Below are positions 37,652 to 47,382 of a stretch of 64,000 bases of DNA, piece after piece. The notes beneath the pieces are model-generated. The model was given only the letters and a program-made list of their open reading frames with translations, was not told where the DNA came from and made no database searches. How positions within the stretch are numbered: the first letter of the stretch is position 1; every line of letters begins with the position of its first letter. Made by a program: the position numbers and the translations under genes. The DNA is from an uncultured Clostridia bacterium (GTDB lineage: Bacteria > Bacillota > Clostridia > Christensenellales > CAG-138). The DNA is taken from positions 138,643-202,642 of the forward strand of contig CAKTYT010000001.1 in NCBI GenBank assembly GCA_934633695.1, written 5' to 3'.

Positions 37652-38624
37652 CCGTGAATTTGATAAGATCATTAAATTCATAGAAGATGGGCAGCGATTT
37701 ACGGTGCTGACGCATATTTCGCCGGATGGAGATACATTGGGCAGTGCTTTGGCAATGTATTTGCTGCTGACAAAGATGGGGAAGGGCGTACAGATAGTAT
37801 GCTCTAACCCAGTGCCGAAAATCTATTCGTTTCTCCCGAATGCGGATAAAGTCATTTTCCCGGAAAGTGCGGAAAGGTACGAATGGGCGATTACGATCGA
37901 TTGTGCCGACAAGCCTCGCTGCGGTAGAGCAGTTCAGCTGTTGGATTCAGCAGAGAGCACTGCTTCGATCGATCACCACTTTACAAATCCGAACTTTGCG
38001 GACAATAATCTTGTGATTGCAGATGCTTCGGCAACGGCAGAGATTATGCACGAGATTTTTTGTCGAATGGACATGCCGTTTGACGAGGAGGCCATGAAGT
38101 GCCTGTATACGGGGATCGTGACAGATACGGGGAACTTGACCTACAGCAATACGACTCCCAATGCTATTCGCATTATTGCTGATTTCCTTGAACGCGGGCT
38201 TGATATTTCGGATCTGAACAGAAGAATTTACAGGACGATTCCGTACAACAAGGCGAGGCTCCAGGGGTACGTGACATCCAGAATTCATCTCGAAGCAGAT
38301 GGAAAAATCGGCATTGCTGTGCTGACGCAGGCTGAACTGCACGGCTTTGATGCAACAAATGAGGACTGTGAAGGTATAGTAGATTGCGTAAGGGATATCG
38401 ATTGCGTCATGATCGCAGCTTTTATACGTGAAGGTTCGGACGGATCGTACAAAGTCAGTCTCCGCAGCAAACAGATTGGAGATGTTGCAAGGCTCGCAAA
38501 TAAATACGGCGGGGGCGGACATGCCCGTGCAGCCGGATTTACGGCGTATGAACCCTTGTCAACGGTCATAGCGAATGTTATTGATTCAGCGATGGCAGAG
38601 TTGTCGGAAAGTGAATGTTTTTGA
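37635..38624 (+). CDS. nrnA: DHH family phosphoesterase (NrnA-like oligoribonuclease/pAp phosphatase)
   Basis: 'HISPDGDTLGS', 'IDHH' and the DHHA1 motif 'GGGGHARAAG'. Confidence 0.8.
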   Translation: MMKEHDREFDKIIKFIEDGQRFTVLTHISPDGDTLGSALAMYLLLTKMGKGVQIVCSNPVPKIYSFLPNADKVIFPESAERYEWAITIDCADKPRCGRAVQLLDSAESTASIDHHFTNPNFADNNLVIADASATAEIMHEIFCRMDMPFDEEAMKCLYTGIVTDTGNLTYSNTTPNAIRIIADFLERGLDISDLNRRIYRTIPYNKARLQGYVTSRIHLEADGKIGIAVLTQAELHGFDATNEDCEGIVDCVRDIDCVMIAAFIREGSDGSYKVSLRSKQIGDVARLANKYGGGGHARAAGFTAYEPLSTVIANVIDSAMAELSESECF

Positions 38625-38666
38625 TGATTTTAACCACGGAAAGCTCTATTGGAAAGAATTCGAATA

Positions 38667-39590
38667 ATGTTTTTTGAAGGAATTGTTAATGTACTTAAAC
38701 CGCCGGGAATGACGTCCAGCGATGTTGTGGTCGATATCCGTAAAATCTTCGGGGAGAAGCGGGTTGGCCACACCGGAACACTGGACCCGGCGGCAGCTGG
38801 CGTTTTGCCTATCTGTGTAGGTAGGGCAACACGCCTTTTTGATTATCTCGTAGATAAAGACAAGGAGTACCTTGCCGAGCTTAGGTTCGGAGTCACAACA
38901 ACAACGGAAGATGCTTACGGCGAGGTAATAAAGACGAGCGACAAAATCGTTACGCCGGATGAGCTGAAGGCTGTGTTGCCGGAGTTCATCGGCGAAATTG
39001 AGCAAATACCGCCGATCTACTCTTCGTTAAGTGTCAACGGTGTGAAAATGTATAAGCTTGCAAGGAGGGGTGAAGTGACCGCTCCGCTTGTTGAACGTAA
39101 AAGAACAGTCAACATATTCTCAATTGAATATGTTGACATGCTTGCGGAGAACAGCTTCCTCATAAGGGTACGCTGCTCAAAAGGTACTTATATCAGAACC
39201 CTTTGCCACGATATAGGAGATAGGCTGAATTGTTCGGCGTACATGCCGTTTCTTCTCAGGACGGCTTCGGGAAAATTTGATCTTGCCTCGAGCTTTACCA
39301 TAGCCGAGCTTCGTCAGATCAAAGAGAATGGGTCGCTTGAAAGCACACTTGTGCCGATGGACATGGCTGTGGAGCACATCCGGGAACTAAGATTGAATGA
39401 TCTCTCCAACAGGAGGAAAAGACTTCTGATTAACGGAGCACCTATACCATATGAGGGAGAAATCGAGTACGGCGAAGTGAGAAGGTTGTATGTCGATGAT
39501 GAATTCATCGGTCTCGGGATGCGTGGAGAAGACGGACTTCATGTGACGGTATGGCTTGGAAAGGACGGGATGCAGGCAGATGGCAGATGA
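38667..39590 (+). CDS. truB: tRNA pseudouridine(55) synthase TruB
   Basis: 'GIVNVLKPPGMTSSDVV' and the catalytic 'GHTGTLDPAAAGVLPI'. Confidence 0.95.
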   Translation: MFFEGIVNVLKPPGMTSSDVVVDIRKIFGEKRVGHTGTLDPAAAGVLPICVGRATRLFDYLVDKDKEYLAELRFGVTTTTEDAYGEVIKTSDKIVTPDELKAVLPEFIGEIEQIPPIYSSLSVNGVKMYKLARRGEVTAPLVERKRTVNIFSIEYVDMLAENSFLIRVRCSKGTYIRTLCHDIGDRLNCSAYMPFLLRTASGKFDLASSFTIAELRQIKENGSLESTLVPMDMAVEHIRELRLNDLSNRRKRLLINGAPIPYEGEIEYGEVRRLYVDDEFIGLGMRGEDGLHVTVWLGKDGMQADGR

Positions 39591-40467
39591 AAAGAAAACA
39601 GTCGTTGCACTCGGTATGTTTGACGGAGTGCATGTCGGACATAAGAAGCTTCTTGATACGGCGGTGCTTATTGCAGAAGCAAGGCAGATGACTCCAGTGG
39701 TCTATACTTTCAATAACCATCCGCAGCAGAGCATGGGTGTCAAAGTGGCGAGGATTTGTTCTAATGAAATGCGCGAGAAATACATGGTCAATCTCGGCAT
39801 TCAGCACGTCAACTCTGTCGAATTTAATGACCGCATAAGGCTCAGCTCACCTCAGGAATTTGTTGACAAGCTGATTGAAACTGCCAATCCGGGCGTTGTT
39901 GTTGCAGGCTTCAATTATACATTTGGAAGAAAAAAAGCTGGCAACTCCGAATTACTCCAGAAACTCTGTGCTAAGCAAGGGGTTGACACAGCGATAATAC
40001 CTCCGGTCCTTATCGGAAAACAACCTGTTTCGAGTACAAGGATTCGCGAAATGATTCAAAAAGGCGACGTAAAGAATGTGCAGAACCTTCTCGGAAGAGT
40101 TTATTCATTGACGGGTATAGTTTGCGAAAACAGGAGAATCGGTCGTACAATAGGTTTTCCGACTGCGAATATTGAGGCGGATTATTCAATGGTCATACCT
40201 GCCAACGGCGTTTACATTTCGCTTGCGGGAATTGGCGGAACGGTATACCCTGCTGTTACAAATGTAGGGTCTAACCCAACTGTTGGCGGAATAAAAACGA
40301 CAATCGAGACTCATATTCTCGATTTTGATGAGGACGTTTACGGAAAAACAATGACTGTGCATTTCATTAAAAGGATTCGTCCGGACAAAAAATTCAGCAG
40401 CATTGAAGAGTTAAAGGTCCAGATCGCTCAGGATGTCAGGACAGCAGGACAATACTTCGGTAAATAA
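39580..40467 (+). CDS. ribF: bifunctional riboflavin kinase / FAD synthetase
   Basis: 'ALGMFDGVHVGHKKLL' and 'GFPTANI'. The gene overlaps truB by 11 nt. Confidence 0.95.
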   Translation: MADEKKTVVALGMFDGVHVGHKKLLDTAVLIAEARQMTPVVYTFNNHPQQSMGVKVARICSNEMREKYMVNLGIQHVNSVEFNDRIRLSSPQEFVDKLIETANPGVVVAGFNYTFGRKKAGNSELLQKLCAKQGVDTAIIPPVLIGKQPVSSTRIREMIQKGDVKNVQNLLGRVYSLTGIVCENRRIGRTIGFPTANIEADYSMVIPANGVYISLAGIGGTVYPAVTNVGSNPTVGGIKTTIETHILDFDEDVYGKTMTVHFIKRIRPDKKFSSIEELKVQIAQDVRTAGQYFGK

Positions 40468-40488
40468 CCGAATGAGAAAGGGCAGATT

Positions 40489-41193
40489 ATGATTTTAAGC
40501 ATTGTGGCGGCATCATTCTTATGCATGACGGTTGGATACCTCATTGGCGGAATTATGACTGCAGTGAAAATCGCAAAGAAAAAGCAGGTCGATATCCGTA
40601 AATGCGGAAGCGGAAATGCAGGTTCAACGAATGTGCTTCGAACCTTCGGTTGGAAATGGGGACTTATTTGCTTGACAACAGATGTTGCAAAAGGTGCTGT
40701 TGCGGTTTTATTTGGTTATGCCGTTGGTAAAATTGGTGCAGACTTGGGCTTTTTTTCTGAGCGTTTCGTCAAGTTGATTGAATGTTGTTCTCTCCTCGGT
40801 GCGGTTTTGGGACATCTTTTCCCGCTTTTTTACAATTTCAGAGGGGGAAAATGTGTTGCAGTCGGAATGGGAGGACTGCTTGCTCTCGCTCCTATGGAGC
40901 TGCTCATTGCTTTGGTACTTGCAGTGATCTTGATTATCATAACAAAAACCGTCTCGGTTGGTTCGGTGACAGGTGCGGTTATTGCTGCTGTGCTGATAGT
41001 TGTCCGTAACTGGGGAGATATTCCGCTCATGATAGTGGCATCTGCGATTGCAGCTGTCATTGTTATAACCCATATCCCAAATATCCAGAGAATTTTACAG
41101 GGGCGTGAACGAAAGCTGGAAAACATCGAATGGGAAAGAAACCATGATGTCGATATTTTCCCCGGTGGCAAGAAGGGTAACCCGAACACTTAA
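40489..41193 (+). CDS. plsY: glycerol-3-phosphate acyltransferase PlsY
   Basis: 'GSGNAGSTNVLRTFG' and 'HLFPLFYNFRGGK'. Confidence 0.9.
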   Translation: MILSIVAASFLCMTVGYLIGGIMTAVKIAKKKQVDIRKCGSGNAGSTNVLRTFGWKWGLICLTTDVAKGAVAVLFGYAVGKIGADLGFFSERFVKLIECCSLLGAVLGHLFPLFYNFRGGKCVAVGMGGLLALAPMELLIALVLAVILIIITKTVSVGSVTGAVIAAVLIVVRNWGDIPLMIVASAIAAVIVITHIPNIQRILQGRERKLENIEWERNHDVDIFPGGKKGNPNT

Positions 41194-41250
41194 TGAATTA
41201 ACTGCGGAACCTCCACAAATCATATATAACTAAAAGCTACACGAAACATA

Positions 41251-41279
41251 TTGAACCTCTTGACAAAACGTGCTATAAT
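41251..41279 (+). promoter_or_regulatory. sigmaA promoter of PHP-helicase-topoisomerase B operon
   Basis: TTGAAC (41251-41256), a 17-nt spacer, then TGcTATAAT (-10 at 41274-41279). Confidence 0.6.
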
Positions 41280-41306
41280 CGATAGTCCGAGGGAAGGAGG
41301 AGCAAT

Positions 41307-42122
41307 ATGTTTCTGTTTGATTATCACGTACATACAAGTTGTTCATTTGATTCTATGTGTCTGCCTGCCGAACAGGTTTTTTCGGCGTCAAAAAGGGGCA
41401 TAAGCGAACTTTGCTTCACCGACCACATCGATTTTGACACGCCTGAGGGTATGGGACATAAATCTGCGGACCTTTCGGAACTGCGAAGTATGGTCGGCGA
41501 ACTTTATCCGACATACAATGGCATGAAATTGAAAATCGGTGCTGAAATCAGCTTGGGAAACGCGAAAGTTGCAGATGACGTAAATGAGTACGTCGCCCGT
41601 TTTAAACCCGATTTTATTATTGCCTCGATACATCGCATTGACGGTTTGCCCGTTTACAAGCCTGAGTTTTATTCGAATAGAACAAAACATGATGCATATT
41701 TCGCATACCTTAATGCAATTTACAATGGAATATGCAGCAACGATGAATTTGACGTCATAGGTCATTATGATTTTATAACGAAATATGCACCTTATGCAGA
41801 CAGGTCAATGCACCTCGGAGAAGACGAACGCATCGACGAAACGATAAAAAAGATTTTCAGGCTGTTGATAAGCAGGGGACAGGGTATCGAAATAAACTCT
41901 TCTGCGTGGTGGAATGAGGCTTGTACGGGTGACGACATAATTAAATTATACACAACACTCGGAGGAGAATTTGTGACGATTGGTTCGGATGCTCATGTTT
42001 CTGAAAACGTAGGCAATAGGCTCGATGAGGCATTGGAACAGGCGTATAGGTGCGGAGTTAAATATGTTGCAACGTATTCGGAACGGAAACCGGAGTTCCA
42101 CAAAGTTGAGAGACTTATGTGA
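41307..42122 (+). CDS. HisJ-family PHP-domain histidinol-phosphatase-like protein
   Basis: 271 aa. 'DYHVHTSCSFDS', 'FTDHIDF' and 'GSDAH' are PHP metal-ligand motifs. A strong RBS GGAGGAG is present. Confidence 0.8.
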   Translation: MFLFDYHVHTSCSFDSMCLPAEQVFSASKRGISELCFTDHIDFDTPEGMGHKSADLSELRSMVGELYPTYNGMKLKIGAEISLGNAKVADDVNEYVARFKPDFIIASIHRIDGLPVYKPEFYSNRTKHDAYFAYLNAIYNGICSNDEFDVIGHYDFITKYAPYADRSMHLGEDERIDETIKKIFRLLISRGQGIEINSSAWWNEACTGDDIIKLYTTLGGEFVTIGSDAHVSENVGNRLDEALEQAYRCGVKYVATYSERKPEFHKVERLM

Positions 42123-45100
42123 GGAGATTTATTTTGGAAGACTTTTCTGAACAAAAGAAATATTCTGATTCAGCAGATTCTGAAGTGCTTACTGTTCAGG
42201 ATGCTCTTGACAGATGTATTGACTATATAGGCAAGGTGGATTTTGATGTTATCTCATCGATAATCAAACTGCCAAAAAGGAAGGTCATGCTCTCTTTGAA
42301 AGGGTCCGTTTATTTTGACCCGGAGAAAAGTGAATTTGTCACGTCAGAAGAGTACTTGTCAGGAAAAGTATACAAAAAACTCTGCATCGTTAAGAAAGCT
42401 GCCGAGCAGGGAAATATTCCGGATGGGGTCGATTATAATGACAATATCGATGCATTAACGCTCATTATGCCCAAACGCATTGAGGCAAAGCAGATAAAGG
42501 CTAGTATAGGCAGTCCATGGATACCGCCCTATGTATATCGTGATTTCATTGTCGCATTGATTGGCATAAAATCAAATTCGGGGAAAATAGGTCTGCGTGT
42601 CGAATACATAAAAAAAGCAAACCACTACATTATTTACGGCAAAAAGAATTTTATGGGATTTACAAGGGCGAGAATGACTTACGGTACAGAAAGAATGAAT
42701 GCCTTTGAAATCATTGAACGACTGCTAAATTCGAGGGAAATTGCCGTCTATGATTCGGCTCTCAGTGAAAGTGGGCAGCCTACAAGGAAAATTAATCGTG
42801 CCGAGACTCTTGCGGCTCAGGAAAAAGCAAAACAGATAAGCGAGTTATTCCATTTCTGGCTTTTTAAAGATGAGCCGCGACGGACTGAACTGTTGAATTT
42901 TTATAACGAAAATTTCTGTGCTTTAGTTCCGCGGCGATTTGATGGAAGCCGAATGCTGCTGCCAGGGAAAAATACTGATATAAGTCTGCAAAAACACCAG
43001 CTCGATGCAATAAAACGTATTGTTCATTCAAAAAACATTCTGCTTGCACATCAGGTAGGTGCAGGTAAGACTTATGTTATGGCTGCTGCGGCCATGGAAC
43101 TGCGAAGATTGAAAATCTCAAGGAGAAACTTATTCGTTGTTCCGAATAATATTCTTGAGCAATGGTACAACGAATTTCAGCATCTCTATCCGGATGCGGC
43201 TTTGATGCTCGTTCAGCCCAAAAACTTTACGCCGTCAACAAGAAACAAAACTTTAAGAGAAATCATGCAACATGATTACGATGCGATAATCATGGGTTAT
43301 GGCAGCTTCTCATTGATTCCTCTATCAAATGAGGAGCGGGAGAAAGAGCTTAATGCCATTTTGAACGATATTTCTAACGTTATGACGGATGTTGTCTACA
43401 ATGATGCCTATGTTGTGCTGAATCGATTCGCTTCAAGGGTCGAAAACAGACTCCACAAGATTTGGGAGAGTGAGGAAAAGATGCAGCCGGATACAATTTT
43501 CTTCGACCAGCTCGGCATTGACACACTCTTTATAGATGAGGCACATAACTTCAAAAATATAAGCATTGAAACAAAGCATGGAGCTTTGCCCGGACTGAAT
43601 ACAAAGGGATCAAAGCGGTGCGACGATCTCATGGCAAAGGTTAGGTTTATCCAAAGAACTCATGGTGGGAGAGGTGCAGTATTTGCAACCGGTACTCCGA
43701 TAACAAACTCAGTCTCTGACCTCTATACACTACAACGTTACCTTGACTATGAGCACCTTGAGGAGCTTAATCTGTTAGAATTCGACAATTGGGTTAAAAT
43801 GTTCTCTGAAGTTACGGAAGAGTTTGAAGTTGAGGCAAATGGAATTGGATACAGGCTGCGTTCAAGATTGAGTAAGTATTATAACCTACCCGAACTTTCC
43901 TTGTTGATTTCGAACATCGCTGATTTATATTATACATCGAACGATGACAAAAAACTGCCACAGCATGTTGAAGTCGTGAATTGCACGGTTTCGGCCAGCC
44001 CGGCTCTAAGAGCGTATATTGAAACTCTTGCCGACCGTGCCGAACTTGTCAAATCCGGTATCGTGCCGAGAACAGTTGACAATATGCTGAAAATTACAAC
44101 TGATGGAAGAAAAGCCGCACTAGATATGCGTCTTGTGGATCCCGAGCTGCCCGATGATGAAGATTCAAAGCTGAATCGATGTGTACGCAATGTGTTTGAA
44201 ATTTGGAACGGGAACAGCAAACTTACCCAGTTGATCTTCCTTGACCAGAGTACACCAAAGGAAGGGTTCAATCTCTATGATGACATAAAAAATAAGCTCG
44301 TCGTACTCGGTGTTCCGCAGGAGGAAATTGCCTTCGTACACGATGCAGTAAATGATAATATGCGAGTTGCACTCTTCAACAAAGTCCGTAAGGGAAAGAT
44401 TCGCATTCTCATTGGTTCGACCTTCAAGCTGGGTATCGGTGCGAACGTGCAAAACAACCTCTATGCCGTTCACCATCTCGACATTCCGTGGCGTCCGAGT
44501 GATGTTATACAGCGTGAAGGCCGAATGCTGAGACAGGGAAATAAAAACGATGATGTCAGGATTTATCGTTATATAACTCAAGGCAGCTTTGATGCGTATT
44601 CGTGGCAGCTGCTGGAGAATAAGCAGAGGTTCATTTCGCAGATTGTAAATGGAAATTATCCGGCAAGAAGCGGTGACGAGGTTGATGAAGTCGTTCTAAC
44701 GTATAGTGAAGTAAAATCACTTGCTGTCGGCAATCCGCTCATAAAGCGAAGGATAGAGGTAGAAACACGGCTTCAGCGTTCCCTTATGCTGAAAGCCAAG
44801 CATGATAAAAACAGAGTTGCTGCCGGGGAGGAACTTCTCAAATTTCCTGCGAAGCGAATGGAACTTGAGCGGCTCAAAGAAATCTTCGCTGAAGATGCAC
44901 AGCTTGTTCTCGATAGTACACCACAGTCATTCCGGATGCAGCTTATGGATGAGATATTTACAAAGAGACGCGATGCAGGCGAAAGATTAACCGAACTTTT
45001 GGCTGAGTACGCATTCATCCGTGAAGACAAACTGATTGGAAAATATCGGGGACTTGATGTATACCTTGCCAACGATGCGGCGGGGGCGAGAAGAATTTTC

Positions 45101-45346
45101 ATGCTCAAAGGCAGAGGAAACTATCAGTCGGAACTCAGTACGAGTGCAATAGGCATAATCTCGAGAATGGATAATGTTATTAATGGAATAAAGCAGCGTT
45201 ATGAAAATTCGGTTGAAAAACTCGAGGGGCTTGCACTAGATGAGCAGGAACTTATCGCAAGAAGAGATACACCATCGCCGCTTGAGGGAGAAATTGCAGA
45301 ACTTCGTGCCGAACTCAGGAAGGTAAACCGAGAACTCGGCATGTGA
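42119..45346 (+). CDS. SNF2/DEAH-type SF2 helicase (helicase module of methylase-helicase 'polyvalent' proteins, without methylase)
   Basis: Motif I 'AHQVGAGKTYV', II 'FIDEAHNFKN', III 'ATGTPITNS' and VI 'QREGRMLRQGN'. An N-terminal 'EEYLSGKVYKKL' region and a coiled-coil C-terminus are also present. The GTG start overlaps the upstream stop. Confidence 0.8.
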   Translation: MRRFILEDFSEQKKYSDSADSEVLTVQDALDRCIDYIGKVDFDVISSIIKLPKRKVMLSLKGSVYFDPEKSEFVTSEEYLSGKVYKKLCIVKKAAEQGNIPDGVDYNDNIDALTLIMPKRIEAKQIKASIGSPWIPPYVYRDFIVALIGIKSNSGKIGLRVEYIKKANHYIIYGKKNFMGFTRARMTYGTERMNAFEIIERLLNSREIAVYDSALSESGQPTRKINRAETLAAQEKAKQISELFHFWLFKDEPRRTELLNFYNENFCALVPRRFDGSRMLLPGKNTDISLQKHQLDAIKRIVHSKNILLAHQVGAGKTYVMAAAAMELRRLKISRRNLFVVPNNILEQWYNEFQHLYPDAALMLVQPKNFTPSTRNKTLREIMQHDYDAIIMGYGSFSLIPLSNEEREKELNAILNDISNVMTDVVYNDAYVVLNRFASRVENRLHKIWESEEKMQPDTIFFDQLGIDTLFIDEAHNFKNISIETKHGALPGLNTKGSKRCDDLMAKVRFIQRTHGGRGAVFATGTPITNSVSDLYTLQRYLDYEHLEELNLLEFDNWVKMFSEVTEEFEVEANGIGYRLRSRLSKYYNLPELSLLISNIADLYYTSNDDKKLPQHVEVVNCTVSASPALRAYIETLADRAELVKSGIVPRTVDNMLKITTDGRKAALDMRLVDPELPDDEDSKLNRCVRNVFEIWNGNSKLTQLIFLDQSTPKEGFNLYDDIKNKLVVLGVPQEEIAFVHDAVNDNMRVALFNKVRKGKIRILIGSTFKLGIGANVQNNLYAVHHLDIPWRPSDVIQREGRMLRQGNKNDDVRIYRYITQGSFDAYSWQLLENKQRFISQIVNGNYPARSGDEVDEVVLTYSEVKSLAVGNPLIKRRIEVETRLQRSLMLKAKHDKNRVAAGEELLKFPAKRMELERLKEIFAEDAQLVLDSTPQSFRMQLMDEIFTKRRDAGERLTELLAEYAFIREDKLIGKYRGLDVYLANDAAGARRIFMLKGRGNYQSELSTSAIGIISRMDNVINGIKQRYENSVEKLEGLALDEQELIARRDTPSPLEGEIAELRAELRKVNRELGM

Positions 45347-45368
45347 GCGTTCATTGAAAGGGAAATGT

Positions 45369-47342
45369 ATGGAAAAACACAACTATTCTGTTGACGATAT
45401 TAGGGTTATGGAAGGGTTGGAGGCCGTTCGCGTCCGACCGGGAATGTATATCGGCAGCACAGGCTCAAGAGGTCTTCATCATATGCTGTGGGAGATCGTT
45501 GATAACGCTGTCGATGAGGCGGCAAATGGCTTTGCAACGGAAGTTGCCGTTACACTTAATAAAGATAATTCGGTCATTGTCGAAGACAATGGAAGGGGTA
45601 TACCGGTCGGTATTCACGAAAAGCTTCATGTTTCAGGCGTTGAGGTAGTTTATACCCAGCTCCATGCAGGCGGAAAATTCGATAATGAGTCATACGGCTT
45701 TTCCGGTGGACTTCATGGCGTCGGTGCATCGGTAGTTAATGCATTGTCCGAATACGTCGAAGTCGAGGTTGCAACAGCGGGCAGGCTCTATAAAATCAGA
45801 TTTCACAGCTTTGAGGATGAGCAGGGCAACATGCACTCAGGTATACCGGAAGCTCCGCTCGCCGAAGTCGGAAGGACGAGACGGCAGGGGACGAGAGTAA
45901 CATTTTTACCCGACGCAAGAGTTTTCGAGACAGTCGATATGAATCACGAAATTGTCTTGAAACGGCTGCGTGAACTTGCGTACCTCAATAAGGGTATAAT
46001 GTTCAGGTTTACAGATAATCGAAGGAAGGATGAGTCAAAGTATAGTGAGTTCAAATATGACGGCGGTATAATTGATTTCGTATCGTACCTTAACGCCGAT
46101 AAAACTGTTCTTTACAAGGAGCCAATTTTCTTCAAAGGAATAAAGAAAAGCGAAAAAAATAATATTGTTGTTGAAATTGCAATGCAGCACAATGATGGTT
46201 ATGCTGAAAGTGTGTTCTCTTATGTAAACAATATTCCAACAACGGAGGGTGGAACGCACGAAACTGGTTTCAAGTCTGCATTGACAAAGGTCATGAACGA
46301 TTACTGCCGCAAAATAGGTGTATTAAAGGACAAAGATAATTCGCTGTCAGGTGAGGACTTTCGAGAGGGACTTACCGCTGTAATTTCATTAAAAATGAGT
46401 TCGATTCAGTTCGAAGGTCAGACGAAAACGAAGCTTGGCAATACTGAAGCCAGAACGGCGGTTGAAAGTGTTGTCATTGATGAATTGACGCCCATTCTTG
46501 AGGATCTTAAAAACGCTGAACTTGCGGCAATGATGGCAGATAAGGCGATGAAGGCTGCTAAGGCACGCGAGGCGGCAAGAAAAGCCAAGAGTATGGCAAG
46601 GGAGAAATCAAAGCTCGAAAATGCTCCTCTCGTCGGTAAACTTTCGAGTTGTACCGGCAGGAATCCGGAGTTAAATGAGCTCTTCATTGTTGAAGGTGAT
46701 TCGGCAGGCGGCAGTGCAAAACAGGGGCGTGACAGAAGGTTTCAGGCAATTCTTCCGCTTAGAGGCAAGCCTCTCAATGTAGAAAAACGCAGGATTGAGC
46801 AAGTTCTTGAAAATGAAGAATGCAGGTCGATAATTACTGCTCTGGGAACGGGGATAGGCGAGGATTTTGAACTCAAAAACCTCAAGTACCATAAGGTTGT
46901 GATTCTTTCTGATGCAGACCAAGACGGTGCACATATAAGAGCACTGCTGTTGACGTTCTTTTATCGTTATACAAGAGAGCTTATAACAAATGGAAACATT
47001 TATATGGGCATGCCTCCGCTCTATAAAGTTCAAAAGGGAGCCGACGTTCGCTATGCTTACGATGATGAGGAGCTTGCGAGACTGACAAAGGGATTAAAGG
47101 GCTATACTTTACAGCGTTACAAGGGACTCGGCGAGATGAATCCGGAGCAGTTGTGGGAAACTACGCTCAACCCTGAAAACCGTTCGCTTGTTCAGGTCAC
47201 AATTGACGATGCGGCGTACGTTGAGCACCTCGTTACGCTCCTAATGGGTGATAAGGTCGCCCCAAGAAAAGAATATATAACTGAATTTGCGAATTTCAAT
47301 AAAGTTGATTCGTTTGAGGATAAAGTCAAAATTGATTCATAA
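45369..47342 (+). CDS. type IIA DNA topoisomerase subunit B (GyrB/ParE family; paralog not resolved)
   Basis: GHKL motifs 'WEIVDNAVDEA' and 'GLHGVGASVVNA'. TOPRIM motifs 'EGDSAGGSAKQGRDRRFQAILPLRGK' and 'DADQDGAHI'. Also 'QRYKGLGEMNPEQLWETT'. Confidence 0.9.
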   Translation: MEKHNYSVDDIRVMEGLEAVRVRPGMYIGSTGSRGLHHMLWEIVDNAVDEAANGFATEVAVTLNKDNSVIVEDNGRGIPVGIHEKLHVSGVEVVYTQLHAGGKFDNESYGFSGGLHGVGASVVNALSEYVEVEVATAGRLYKIRFHSFEDEQGNMHSGIPEAPLAEVGRTRRQGTRVTFLPDARVFETVDMNHEIVLKRLRELAYLNKGIMFRFTDNRRKDESKYSEFKYDGGIIDFVSYLNADKTVLYKEPIFFKGIKKSEKNNIVVEIAMQHNDGYAESVFSYVNNIPTTEGGTHETGFKSALTKVMNDYCRKIGVLKDKDNSLSGEDFREGLTAVISLKMSSIQFEGQTKTKLGNTEARTAVESVVIDELTPILEDLKNAELAAMMADKAMKAAKAREAARKAKSMAREKSKLENAPLVGKLSSCTGRNPELNELFIVEGDSAGGSAKQGRDRRFQAILPLRGKPLNVEKRRIEQVLENEECRSIITALGTGIGEDFELKNLKYHKVVILSDADQDGAHIRALLLTFFYRYTRELITNGNIYMGMPPLYKVQKGADVRYAYDDEELARLTKGLKGYTLQRYKGLGEMNPEQLWETTLNPENRSLVQVTIDDAAYVEHLVTLLMGDKVAPRKEYITEFANFNKVDSFEDKVKIDS

Positions 47343-47344
47343 GG

Positions 47345-47382
47345 AAAGCTGCCATATCGATAGTTGATGTGGCAGCTTTTTT
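47345..47382 (+). terminator. intrinsic terminator after topoisomerase B gene
   Basis: AAAGCTGCCA (47345-47354) pairs with TGGCAGCTTT (47370-47379), running into TTTTTT. Confidence 0.85.
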
